A stretch of DNA of 54,572 nucleotides from Alistipes sp. (lineage in GTDB: Bacteria; Bacteroidota; Bacteroidia; Bacteroidales; Rikenellaceae), in contig JAZRAW010000067.1 of NCBI GenBank assembly GCA_045634765.1, positions 1 through 54,572 of the forward strand. Direction: 5' to 3'. Of the stretch, positions 1-9,240 are shown piece by piece. Position 1 is the first letter of the stretch. Every line of letters starts with the position of its first letter. The translations under genes were made by a program, and so were the position numbers. The notes under the pieces were generated by a model. That model ran no database searches. It saw only the letters and a list, made by a program, of their open reading frames with translations, and was not told the DNA's origin.

Positions 1-2097
1 TCCGAACGAATAGGTCTCCTGTACACTACCTCCCGAGATGATATACTTAGTGTTGAGCATAGCCAAAATCTCGGTATCCATAGCGTAAATATAGCGGCTC
101 AAAATATCATCATAGCGCTGCAACTTAGCACCATGGTAGCCATCCACCGAGCGATGGAAGTTCGATGCGCGGGCACTGCCACGGCTATCAGCATCGTAGA
201 CACGGTAGCCCAACTCCTTATCGCGTAGTATCTCGTTGTCAGCCCTTGTAGGTAAAACCTCCATAGGGGCGCTACTACTCCACTTCTCATCATTCATATA
301 GCGGCCATCGACACCTCCAAGGTCTACAACAACAACGGTCGCAACCATCGCCAACATTATGGCGGTCATCAATCCGTATTTACGCTCAAGGCGCTTAGCT
401 GCAAATAGGTACGCCACAATAATGGCTGCGGCAGCGGCAACATACCCCGCTGTGCGAAGAGCATCAGAGGTAAAGGCCTCACTTCTCACCTCCTCCAAGA
501 GTAGGCGAAGCTGCTCAACCCAGTAGGCATTGCCAAGAGTCTCCGTCAATGTCGCTACGCCATAGTCTGCAATAGCTGCCATAACAGCAATAAGCACAAC
601 CACAACACCTACACCTACACCCAAAGCTATGAGCTTGCGACGCATAGAGACCTCTCTGTTAACAAGCTGCCATAGCGCAAGCGCAGCAAACAGAGGCACG
701 CTCCACTCCAAGACAACTAATGCCATAGAGACCGTACGGAAGTTACTGTATCCAGGCAAGTAGTCGAACATGAGTTCGTAGAAGCCCATAAGGTTGCTAC
801 CCCACGCCAAAAGGAGGGCGAAGAGGCTCACGGCGAGCAGCCACCAACGATAACCATTGGGGGCAAGCACTATGCCTACGATTGCGAGGAATACGACCAC
901 GGCACCGAGGTAGGTAGGACCTGCTGTGAAGGGCTGGTCACCCCAATAGTTTGTCGAAGAGGCGTAGGCCTCGTTAGCCTTATTCTGATAGAACCACATG
1001 ATGTCGCCATAGAGCTGGTCGTCGTACTCAAGGTAGTACATTAGGTCATCATAGGTGATGGTGGGGTCATACTCCTGATATATGGCCACGACATCCTCCA
1101 TCGCCGCATTAAAGAGTGCATCCTGCGTAGCATCGCTTGCAAAGTGCTCCTCAACACGGTCATCTATATCCATCGAGCTTGAGCCCATATAGTTGGGGAC
1201 GAGCATATTAAAGCTCTCGGCCTTGCCATAGCTCCACATGGTGTTGTACTCTATCTTCTGCTTGCGCGCAGCCTCCTCGTCCACTACCTCCGAGCCACCA
1301 CGCGAGGTGCTATCCTTATGCTGTATTGTATACCACAATGGCGCAAAATTTGAGCCTACAGCCAACACTGCAGCCACAGCCAACATCGCCGTAGCGAGAA
1401 GATATTTTTTGAAGTGCTTAACAATAATCGAGCGCACTAACTCACTAATCCATAGTGCGATGCAAGCGAAGAGGAAGTAGTAGGTAATCTGCGGATGGTT
1501 TGCGCCAAGCTCCAACGAGCCAAAGAGCGCAGCGAGGGCTGAGCCCACCCACACATTCTTGCGCAGGGCATACCACACAGCACCCACCAAAGGTGGAGCG
1601 TAGACCAATGCCCACATCTTGGTGATGTGTCCCGCGTCGATAATCAAGAAGAAGTAGGTAGACAAACCATATGCCAAGCCAGCAATGATGCCTATCCATG
1701 GATTTACGCCCATGAGCACCACAGCCACCATCATGAATATCATGGCAAAGAATATCATGTTCATGGGGTCGCCAACGACCTTGACAATGCTACCAACACT
1801 CTGCTTCACATCCTGCGTGGGATACTCAATGTCGATGAGGTAGGCGGGCATACCCGAGAACATACCTCCAGTCCACTGGGGATCTTCGCCCGTAGCCTCA
1901 CGGTGGTTGCGTATATCTGCCGACATACCAGAATATTGCGCTATATCGTTCTGACCCAAAGACTTATCATCGAACTGCGGGGCAAAGAAGGTATAGCTCA
2001 CAGCCCAGAAGATAAGGAGTCCAACCAACCATGGCAGCACCCTCTCCAACCACCACAAGGGTGAGTAGCGTGCTATATTATCACCGAAAAAATTCAT
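1..2097 (-). CDS. YfhO-family multi-pass membrane protein (GT-C-like); 3' end runs off the window
   Basis: Not in the ORF track because it is open at the window edge. ATG at 2097 reads MNFFGDNIARYSPLWW...APQFDDKSLGQNDIAQYSGM...PQWTGGMFSGMPAYLI...YWGDQPFTAGPTYLGAVV...PGYSNFRTVSMAL, motifs typical of Bacteroidetes YfhO proteins. TAACTTTG promoter lies upstream. Confidence 0.8.
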   Translation of the reverse strand, partial: MNFFGDNIARYSPLWWLERVLPWLVGLLIFWAVSYTFFAPQFDDKSLGQNDIAQYSGMSADIRNHREATGEDPQWTGGMFSGMPAYLIDIEYPTQDVKQSVGSIVKVVGDPMNMIFFAMIFMMVAVVLMGVNPWIGIIAGLAYGLSTYFFLIIDAGHITKMWALVYAPPLVGAVWYALRKNVWVGSALAALFGSLELGANHPQITYYFLFACIALWISELVRSIIVKHFKKYLLATAMLAVAAVLAVGSNFAPLWYTIQHKDSTSRGGSEVVDEEAARKQKIEYNTMWSYGKAESFNMLVPNYMGSSSMDIDDRVEEHFASDATQDALFNAAMEDVVAIYQEYDPTITYDDLMYYLEYDDQLYGDIMWFYQNKANEAYASSTNYWGDQPFTAGPTYLGAVVVFLAIVGIVLAPNGYRWWLLAVSLFALLLAWGSNLMGFYELMFDYLPGYSNFRTVSMALVVLEWSVPLFAALALWQLVNREVSMRRKLIALGVGVGVVVVLIAVMAAIADYGVATLTETLGNAYWVEQLRLLLEEVRSEAFTSDALRTAGYVAAAAAIIVAYLFAAKRLERKYGLMTAIMLAMVATVVVVDLGGVDGRYMNDEKWSSSAPMEVLPTRADNEILRDKELGYRVYDADSRGSARASNFHRSVDGYHGAKLQRYDDILSRYIYAMDTEILAMLNTKYIISGGSVQETYSFG

Positions 2098-2139
2098 AGC
2101 CTAAACAGATGTTATCTATATATATAGTAATAAATCGCC

Positions 2140-2199
2140 CAAAGTTACGAAAAAAGTCGCGTTATTCAATTCTTTCTCATAAAAAAATCACTATCTTTG
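2140..2199. promoter_or_regulatory. Divergent Bacteroidetes sigma-70 -7 elements (TAnnTTTG)
   Basis: TAACTTTG on the - strand at 2140-2147 (YfhO gene) and TATCTTTG on the + strand at 2192-2199 (prenyltransferase gene). Confidence 0.7.
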
Positions 2200-2225
2200 C
2201 CTAATACTTTGACCTATTAGCTTCT

Positions 2226-3227
2226 ATGATTACAATAGACGATATCCGCCGACCTATCAGTGCCGACCTCCAAGCATTTGACGAGTTCGTTGCTGACAAC
2301 TTCAATGCCGAGGGCGAGATGCTTCAAGAGATGCTCATCTACGCGCTATCATCGCGCGGAAAGGGCATACGCCCAATCTTAACCATACTCTCTGCACTTA
2401 CCTGCAAGCCAGGCAACTACCGTCCCGAGGAACGTAACTGCACGAAGCGCACCTACTTAGCGGCATTGATGATGGAGATGATACACACAGCATCACTCAT
2501 CCACGACGATGTCCTCGACTCGGCAGATGAGCGACGCGGTAAGCCCTCAGTAAATGCGAAGTGGCAGTCGAACCTCGCCATAATACTTGGCGACTACATC
2601 CTTGCGCGAACAATGGCAATAGGCATGGCATCTGCGCAATACGACCTTGTATCCTATGTCGGTGCCGCCATGGCAACTCTTTGTGAGGGCGAAGTGCTAC
2701 AGAGCCAACTTGCCAAGAGCTTGGACACTACACGCGATGACTACTACACAATCATTTACAACAAGACGGCAAGCCTCTTGGGTGTGTGTGCAGCACTTGG
2801 TGCAACATCTATGGGTGCTGGACGCGAAGATGTTGAGCGCATGCGCAAAATTGGCGAGGCCATAGGCATGGCATTCCAAATTCAGGACGACATCCTCGAC
2901 TACAACCGCGAAAACAATACGGGCAAACCCGCTAATAACGACCTCCGCGAGCATAAGATAACACTCCCTCTCATCGAGGTTATGGAGCACAAAACCGACG
3001 AGGAGCGTAAAGCAATAATCGCGCTTATCGAGCGTTGTGACAAGGACAACGAAGCACTCGACACGCTACACAACATGGTGCACAACGAGGGTGGCATAGA
3101 GCGTGCAACAGAGAGCATGCATGCATATCTCTCTCGCGCAATGCACCTCCTATCGAAGTATGAGGATACCCCCTTCCGCAAGGCGCTGTTAGACCTATGC
3201 ACCTTTGTTGCCGAGCGCGACAAATAA
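2226..3227 (+). CDS. Polyprenyl diphosphate synthase (IspB-like trans-prenyltransferase)
   Basis: GKGIRP motif, first aspartate-rich motif HDDVLD...RRG, KTA, second aspartate-rich motif QDDILD. Confidence 0.92.
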   Translation: MITIDDIRRPISADLQAFDEFVADNFNAEGEMLQEMLIYALSSRGKGIRPILTILSALTCKPGNYRPEERNCTKRTYLAALMMEMIHTASLIHDDVLDSADERRGKPSVNAKWQSNLAIILGDYILARTMAIGMASAQYDLVSYVGAAMATLCEGEVLQSQLAKSLDTTRDDYYTIIYNKTASLLGVCAALGATSMGAGREDVERMRKIGEAIGMAFQIQDDILDYNRENNTGKPANNDLREHKITLPLIEVMEHKTDEERKAIIALIERCDKDNEALDTLHNMVHNEGGIERATESMHAYLSRAMHLLSKYEDTPFRKALLDLCTFVAERDK

Positions 3228-3278
3228 GCCACACGCATCAGCATAAACATTTGAATAACAATCTAATAGAATAAAATT

Positions 3279-4598
3279 ATGAGTACACAAAAGAATGGTA
3301 ACATCTTGGCTATCATCGTGATGATTCTGCTCTTCGGAATGATCTCGTTCGTAACCAACCTCGCATCGCCAATGGGTGATGTGCTTAAGAACCAGTTCGA
3401 CGTAGCCAACTGGATGGGTACACTTGGCGTATTTGCCAACTTCATCGCTTACGCATGTATGGGTATCCCAGCGGGCAACCTTCTCCAGAAGCGTGGCTAC
3501 AAATTCACCGCTTTGGCAGCTGTTGTTGTAGGCTTCACGGGTGTGGGCGTGCAGACAATCGCAGGACTCTTGGACGGTAACCTCGCATTTGGCGTATACC
3601 TCCTCGGCGCATTCATCGCGGGCTTCTCGATGTGTATGCTTAACATCGTCGTAAACCCCATGCTTAATAAGCTCGCAGGTGGTGGCAACCGCGGTAACCA
3701 GCTCTTGCAGGTTGGCGGCTCGTTCAACTCATTCATGGGTACTGCCGTAATCTTCCTCACAGGTATCTTCGTGCCCAGCATCCAAAATGCCGAGATTAAG
3801 CAGGTCTTCCCCTTGATGTTTATCGCATTGGCCATCTTCGCCCTCGCATTCGTGGTTATCATCTTCACTAACGTTCCTGAAAATGAGCGTGTTGAGAAGA
3901 TAGCAAGCAAGAGCGACTCGAATATTGGTCCTATGTCATTCCGCCACTTTATGTTGGGTGCTATCGCCATCTTCATCTACGTTGGCGTAGAGGTAGGCAT
4001 TCCTAATGTCTTGCAGAAGTGGTTGCAGAATGGCGGTCTCATTTTCGACAGCTGCCCACTCTGTGGCGCCGCTATAGGCAATGCCGAGAGCATCGCTGCT
4101 ACCGTTGCTGCAACATACTGGTTGTTGATGTTCTTCGGTCGCTTGGCTGGCGCAGCACTCGGCTCAGTATTCTCTGCTAAGACCATGCTCACATCTGTAT
4201 CGCTCATCGGTTTGGCATTGGTTTGTGGCGCAATCTTCCTCGACCCCGCAATCACTGTTGACCTCCCCGTTTTCAAGGGCACTGATGGCTTCGGCATGGC
4301 TGAGGTACCCATCAACGCAGCATTGCTCGTATTGTGTGGTTTGTGCACATCGGTAATGTGGGGCGGTATCTTTAACCTCGCAGTCGAGGGCTTGGGCAAG
4401 TACACCGAGCGTGCTTCGGGCATCTTTATGGCATTGGTTTGCGGTGGTGGTATCTTGCCATTGTTGCAGAACGGCATCGTAGACTGGACAGGCGACTACC
4501 TCGTAAGCTACTGGGTAATCGTTGCTGGCCTTGCATACTTGCTCTTCTACGCATTGATTGGTTCGAAGAATGTGAACAAGGATATCAAAACCGAGTAA
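3279..4598 (+). CDS. MFS sugar transporter, FucP/GluP/NagP family
   Basis: About 12 hydrophobic segments; family motifs NPML, IFIYVGVEVG, SVMWGGIF, GGGILP. Confidence 0.88.
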   Translation: MSTQKNGNILAIIVMILLFGMISFVTNLASPMGDVLKNQFDVANWMGTLGVFANFIAYACMGIPAGNLLQKRGYKFTALAAVVVGFTGVGVQTIAGLLDGNLAFGVYLLGAFIAGFSMCMLNIVVNPMLNKLAGGGNRGNQLLQVGGSFNSFMGTAVIFLTGIFVPSIQNAEIKQVFPLMFIALAIFALAFVVIIFTNVPENERVEKIASKSDSNIGPMSFRHFMLGAIAIFIYVGVEVGIPNVLQKWLQNGGLIFDSCPLCGAAIGNAESIAATVAATYWLLMFFGRLAGAALGSVFSAKTMLTSVSLIGLALVCGAIFLDPAITVDLPVFKGTDGFGMAEVPINAALLVLCGLCTSVMWGGIFNLAVEGLGKYTERASGIFMALVCGGGILPLLQNGIVDWTGDYLVSYWVIVAGLAYLLFYALIGSKNVNKDIKTE

Positions 4599-4624
4599 GC
4601 CACGGGGCTAACTCTCGTAGTATG

Positions 4625-4660
4625 AAGGGGTTGTTGCTTAAGGGCAGCAGCCTCTTTTTT
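4625..4660 (+). terminator. Intrinsic terminator after the MFS gene
   Basis: Stem aaggggttgttgc / gcagcagcctctt (with G-U pairs) followed by a T run. Confidence 0.75.
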
Positions 4661-4702
4661 CATGCTGTTCTGAATGCTGTCGTTGCGAGGAGAGGTTTAT
4701 AA

Positions 4703-4794
4703 GAGAATAGGGAAATTAAGGAAATTAAGGAATATAGGGTGGGTGCGCTAAATTCTCTAAACTCCCTAAATTCCTTAAAATTCGCTAAACTCTC
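4703..4794. repeat. Inverted arms of ~9-bp tandem units (ttaaggaaa)n / (taaattcct)n, copy 1
   Basis: gggaaattaaggaaattaaggaa ... taaattctctaaactccctaaattccttaa. The same architecture occurs at 15943-16020. Confidence 0.8.
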
Positions 4795-5072
4795 TCGCGC
4801 AAACGCGGATTAGCACCACGACCCTAATTTCTTGTCAGAGTGGTGTAGATGTGTCGCTGACATGAAAAATCCACCGATGGGTAGTACTCGACGTACGTCC
4901 CATTGGTGGATTTGATTGAAGCGGCACAGATGCGCCACTATCACAAGAAATTTAATTTGGTGGTAGAAGGCTGCAGCTACAACGCTCGGCAAAAAAAATG
5001 CGGATAGGTTGTACTATGACGTACTACCTATTCGCATTTATTTTTGTTAGCGGCAGTAGATGTCTGCCTTAT
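4795..5072 (+). repeat. Twin long-hairpin structured element, copy 1 (hairpin A 4826-4952, hairpin B 4967-5070)
   Basis: Homologous to 16020-16299. Stems: aatttcttgt/acaagaaatt, agtggtgta/tgcgccact, tgtgtcgct/agcggcaca, aaatccaccgatggg/cccattggtggattt, aaggc/gcctt, cgct/agcg, ggcaaaaa/tttttgtt, atgcggatagg/cctattcgcat. Confidence 0.85.
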
Positions 5073-5081
5073 AGCGCCAAA

Positions 5082-5456
5082 TTACTTGCGGGCGGTTTTC
5101 GCTTCGATACACTCAGTAGCATGGGGCACACGAAGCAAACGCTCACGAGGGATGAGCTTGCCTGTGGTCTTGCAGATGCCGTAAGTCTTGTTCTTGATGC
5201 GCACAAGAGCCATCTCGAGGTTGCGGATGAACTTCGCCTGGCGCTGTGCGAGTGAGCCATACTCCTCGCGCGAGAGTGTCGTAGCACCCTCCTCCATAAC
5301 CTTGAAGGTTGGAGATGAGTCCTCGGTATCGTTCTCGTTGCTTGTAGCGGTACGCAACATATCGTAGTCGGCGCGTGCTGACGCCAATTTCTGCTCTATC
5401 AAGATGCGGAACTCCTCAAGTTCTGCGTCGTTATAACGTGTCTTCTCCTCTGCCAT
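5082..5456 (-). CDS. dksA: TraR/DksA-family transcription factor
   Basis: Coiled coil followed by ALVRIKNKTYGICKTTGKLIPRERLLRVPHATECIEAK. It lies downstream of ileS, as is usual in Bacteroidetes. Confidence 0.85.
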   Translation of the reverse strand: MAEEKTRYNDAELEEFRILIEQKLASARADYDMLRTATSNENDTEDSSPTFKVMEEGATTLSREEYGSLAQRQAKFIRNLEMALVRIKNKTYGICKTTGKLIPRERLLRVPHATECIEAKTARK

Positions 5457-5593
5457 AATCGTAGCGTTTTAGTACGGTTATCATTTATAATAAGCGAAAT
5501 TACGCAAAAATTATGAAACTTGCAAATATTCTTCGGAAAAAAAGAGAAAATAGGCAGAGTATGCGTTCAGGCGGACTGGGGTCAGTTTTTTTT

Positions 5594-5668
5594 AGACCGA
5601 GGGACCTTGAGACCTTAAGACCAAAACGAGATTGCGGACAGTGGCTGATGCAATCTTCTCTTTGGACT
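5594..5668 (+). repeat. GAGACC octamer-arm element, copy 1
   Basis: agaccgagggaccttgagaccttaagaccaaaacgag-attgcggaca...tgatgcaatcttctctttgg; core shared with 10286-10406 and 10720-10806. Confidence 0.75.
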
Positions 5669-5700
5669 CAGGGGACTGCTCCCACACCTATATATATAAT

Positions 5701-5730
5701 AAAGGAGCGCAGTCGCGGGACTGCGCTCCT
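5701..5730 (-). terminator. Intrinsic terminator after ileS
   Basis: Perfect 12-bp stem aggagcgcagtc/gactgcgctcct with a 4-nt loop and a short T tail on the - strand, about 20 bp past the ileS stop. Confidence 0.75.
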
Positions 5731-5750
5731 CTACTTATAATATCAAGCGG

Positions 5751-8700
5751 TTATGCCTTAGTGACAGCAATCTTGAATGCTACCTCGTCGATATCGCTAT
5801 CCACAACGAAGGCACCTACAGGAGCAGCAACAGCCTTGACATCCACGGCAAGGGTCTGCTGTGCGATGTACTGCGCGAAGCTCTCGACGGCGGGAGCGGT
5901 GAGGTCGTTAGACTCAATCTCCACGCTAATCTTGTCAGTTACCTCGAAGCCAGACTCCTTACGGATGTTCTGGATGCGGTTGACGAGCTCGCGGGCAACA
6001 CCCTCGCGCTTAAGCTCCTCGGTGATGGTGATGTCGAGGGCCACGGTGAGCTTACCCTCAGAGGCTACCAACCAGCCGGGCATATCCTCCGATGTAATCT
6101 CGAAGTCGGCAGCCGTAACAACAACCTGAGTGCCATTAAGGTCGAGTGTTGTCTCAGCGTTAGTCTCAATCTCGGCAATCTGCTCCTGTGTGAACTGCGC
6201 GATGAGTGCCGACATAGCCTTAGCATGTGGCGCATAGCGCTGGCAGAAGTGCTTAAAGTTGAGCTTGATACGCTTAGTAATGATACCAGTTGTATCGGTG
6301 ATGAGCTCCACATCCTTGACGTTAACCTCGTTCATGATGAGCGCGCGAACAGCCTCGATACGTGCAGCCATCTCCTTATCCAACACGGGGATGATAATCT
6401 TCGAGAGTGGCTTACGCACGTTGATGTTCACCTTGCGGCGAAGTGCGAGAACCATTGAAGATACCTGCTGTGAGAGTGCTGTGCGTGCCTCGAGCTCACG
6501 GTTGATGAGAGCCTCGTTGCACTTGGGGTACTCTGCGAGGTGTACAGATGACTCGGTGTGGCGGCCACTTGCAGCGTTGAGGTCGCAGAAGATGCGGTCG
6601 GTGATGAATGGCGCGATAGGCGCAGCGAGCATAGCAACAGTCTCCAAGCAAGTGTAGAGGGTCTGGTATGCTGCAAGCTTATCCTCATTCATCGAGCCAC
6701 CCCAGAAGCGCTTACGGTTCAAGCGAACGTACCAGTTAGAGAGGTTCTCGTTAACAAAAGCGTCGATGCGGCGTGCTGCGGGTGTGGGGTCATACTCCTC
6801 GAGCGATGCGGTAACATCGCGGATGAGCGTGTTGAGCTCCGATAATATCCAGCGGTCAATCTCTGGGCGCTTCTCCACGGGCACCTCAGCCTCTGCACCT
6901 GTGAAGCCGTCGATATTGGCATAGAGTGCGAAGAATGAGTAGGTGTTGTAGAGCGTACCGAAGAACTTACGGCGGCACTCGTCAACGCCATCAACATCGA
7001 ACTTGAGGTTGTCCCAAGGCTGTGAGTTCGAAATCATATACCAGCGTGTAGCATCTGCGCCGTACTTCTTCAATACCTCGAATGGGTCTACAGCGTTACC
7101 AAGGCGCTTAGACATCTTGTTACCGTTCTTGTCGAGCACCAAACCGTTAGAGATGATATTCTTGAACGCCACAGAGTCGAAGAGCATGGTAGCGATGGCA
7201 TGGAGTGTGTAGAACCAACCACGAGTCTGGTCAACACCCTCGGCGATGAAGTCCGCGGGGTATACCTGGTCGAAGCCCTCCTTATTCTCGAAGGGGTAGT
7301 GTACCTGTGCATAGGGCATAGCACCCGAGTCGAACCATACATCAATGAGGTCGGGCTCGCGGCGCATAGGCTCACCCTTAGATGATACCAAGACGATGTT
7401 GTCGACATATGGGCGGTGGAGGTCGATGTTCTCGGTCGAGTAGTTCTCCTTCGACATATCGCCAACGACAAAATTCTTGTATGGGTTCTCGCTCATGACA
7501 CCTGCAGCTACGGCCTTCTCAATCTCGGCGATAAGCTCCTCAACAGAGCCGATACACTTCAACTCTGTGCGGTCCTCGGTAGCCCAGATTGGGAGAGGTG
7601 TACCCCAGAAGCGTGAGCGCGAGAGGTTCCAGTCGTTGATGTTCTCGAGCCACTTGCCGAAGCGACCTGTACCTGTGCTCTCGGGCTTCCAGTAGATGGT
7701 CTTGTTCAACTCCATCATGCGCTCACGAAGCGCTGTTGTGCGGATGAACCATGAGTCCAAGGGGTAGTACAACACAGGCTTGTCGGTACGCCAACAGTGG
7801 GGATAGTTGTGGGTGTGCTTCTCGATTTTGAATACCTTGTTCGACTCCTTGAGCTTGAGCGAGATGTAGATGTCGAGGTTCTCGGCAGCTGCTGCCGCCT
7901 TCTCATCGTAGCGACCATCAACGGTATACTGTGGGTCGTAGGCGTTCTTCACGAAGCGACCCTCATACTCCTTGTAGTCGGCATTCACGCACTCTGCAAC
8001 GAACTTCTCGTCGAGCTCCTCGGTTAGGAAGAACTTACCTGTGAAGTCAACCATGGGGCGTGTCTCGCCGCGCTTGTTAATCATGAAGAGCGAGGGGATG
8101 CCTGCCTGGCGTGCTACGAAGGCATCGTCAGCACCAAACGTTGGCGCGATGTGTACGATACCTGTACCATCCTCCACGGTAACATAGTCGCCCAAGATTA
8201 CACGGAATGCCTTAGCCGAAGCCTCTGTCCAGTTGCCATTCTCGTCTGCCTCAACGGGCTTAACCCATGGCAAGAGCTGCTCATAGCGCATGCCCTCGAG
8301 CTCCGTACCCTTCCACTTGCCTACTACCTCGAATGGGATGAGCTTGTCGCCCGCCTTATACTCCTCAAGGGCGATGCCCTCGGCCTTCTTATTGAAGATT
8401 GAGTAGAGGAGTGGCTCAGCCACTACGGCTGTAATCTTCTCTGCGGTGTAGGGGTTATATGAGCGTACAGCAACGTAGTCGTACTTGGGACCCACGCAGA
8501 GTGCAGTGTTTGATGGCAATGTCCAAGGTGTTGTTGTCCACGCGAGGAATACGGGAGTACCCCAACCCTGCATCCCTTCCTTAGGGTCTAGAATGCGGAA
8601 CTGCGCGGTGCAAGTGGTGTCCTTAACGTCGCGGTAGCAGCCTGGCTGGTTGAGCTCGTGTGTTGAGAGGCCTGTACCTGCTGCGGGTGAGTAGGGCTGA

Positions 8701-9236
8701 ATGGTGTAGCCCTTGTAGAGGAGGTTCTTCTCGTAGAGCTGCTTCAAGAGCCACCATAGTGTCTCGATAAATTTGTTATCGTAGGTGATATATGGGTCGT
8801 CCATGTTCACCCAGTAACCCATCTTGCGTGTGAGGTCCTCCCACACGTCGGTGAACTCCATCACAGCCTCGCGGCACTGCTTGTTATACTCCTCGATGGT
8901 AATCTTCTTGCCGATATCCTCCTTTGTGATGCCGAGTTTCTTCTCTACGCCGAGCTCTACGGGGAGACCGTGTGTGTCCCAACCCGCCTTGCGGTGTACG
9001 AGGTAGCCCTGCTGTGTCTTGTAGCGGCAGAATACGTCTTTGATGGTACGCGCCATGACGTGGTGGATGCCAGGCATACCATTTGCTGAGGGAGGACCCT
9101 CATAGAATACGAACGTGGGGTGTCCCTCACGTGTAGTGATGCTCTTGTGGAAGGTGTCGTCCTTGGTCCAGCGTACCAACATCTCGTCAGCAACACCTGC
9201 CAAGTCAAGACCCTTATATTCGTTGAACTTACTCAT
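5751..9236 (-). CDS. ileS: Isoleucine--tRNA ligase, type 2 (IleRS2)
   Basis: FYEGPPSANGMPGIHH, GWDTHGLPVE, WTTTPWTLPSN, EGVDQTRGWF, KMSKR. Start set at ATG 9236 (MSKFNEY). Confidence 0.97.
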   Translation of the reverse strand: MSKFNEYKGLDLAGVADEMLVRWTKDDTFHKSITTREGHPTFVFYEGPPSANGMPGIHHVMARTIKDVFCRYKTQQGYLVHRKAGWDTHGLPVELGVEKKLGITKEDIGKKITIEEYNKQCREAVMEFTDVWEDLTRKMGYWVNMDDPYITYDNKFIETLWWLLKQLYEKNLLYKGYTIQPYSPAAGTGLSTHELNQPGCYRDVKDTTCTAQFRILDPKEGMQGWGTPVFLAWTTTPWTLPSNTALCVGPKYDYVAVRSYNPYTAEKITAVVAEPLLYSIFNKKAEGIALEEYKAGDKLIPFEVVGKWKGTELEGMRYEQLLPWVKPVEADENGNWTEASAKAFRVILGDYVTVEDGTGIVHIAPTFGADDAFVARQAGIPSLFMINKRGETRPMVDFTGKFFLTEELDEKFVAECVNADYKEYEGRFVKNAYDPQYTVDGRYDEKAAAAAENLDIYISLKLKESNKVFKIEKHTHNYPHCWRTDKPVLYYPLDSWFIRTTALRERMMELNKTIYWKPESTGTGRFGKWLENINDWNLSRSRFWGTPLPIWATEDRTELKCIGSVEELIAEIEKAVAAGVMSENPYKNFVVGDMSKENYSTENIDLHRPYVDNIVLVSSKGEPMRREPDLIDVWFDSGAMPYAQVHYPFENKEGFDQVYPADFIAEGVDQTRGWFYTLHAIATMLFDSVAFKNIISNGLVLDKNGNKMSKRLGNAVDPFEVLKKYGADATRWYMISNSQPWDNLKFDVDGVDECRRKFFGTLYNTYSFFALYANIDGFTGAEAEVPVEKRPEIDRWILSELNTLIRDVTASLEEYDPTPAARRIDAFVNENLSNWYVRLNRKRFWGGSMNEDKLAAYQTLYTCLETVAMLAAPIAPFITDRIFCDLNAASGRHTESSVHLAEYPKCNEALINRELEARTALSQQVSSMVLALRRKVNINVRKPLSKIIIPVLDKEMAARIEAVRALIMNEVNVKDVELITDTTGIITKRIKLNFKHFCQRYAPHAKAMSALIAQFTQEQIAEIETNAETTLDLNGTQVVVTAADFEITSEDMPGWLVASEGKLTVALDITITEELKREGVARELVNRIQNIRKESGFEVTDKISVEIESNDLTAPAVESFAQYIAQQTLAVDVKAVAAPVGAFVVDSDIDEVAFKIAVTKA

Positions 9237-9240
9237 AATC

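Noticed and set aside
99-2064. Short ORFs in the track (99-293, 1238-1480, 1445-1699, 1627-2064)
   Set aside because: They overlap the long YfhO reading frame (1-2097, - strand), which the track missed because it has no stop codon inside the window.
4703-5072. Possible CRISPR array or tRNA in the repeat-rich intergenic regions
   Set aside because: There is no regular repeat-spacer periodicity, no cas genes, and no cloverleaf with T-loop/D-loop consensus.
4810-5255. ORFs 4810-4992 and 4998-5255, and the counterparts 16038-16268 and 16145-16429 that share short peptides such as FVSGSRCLPY
   Set aside because: The similarity comes from the DNA repeat. Indels and changes follow base pairing rather than codon structure, and two of the ORFs run antisense into real genes.
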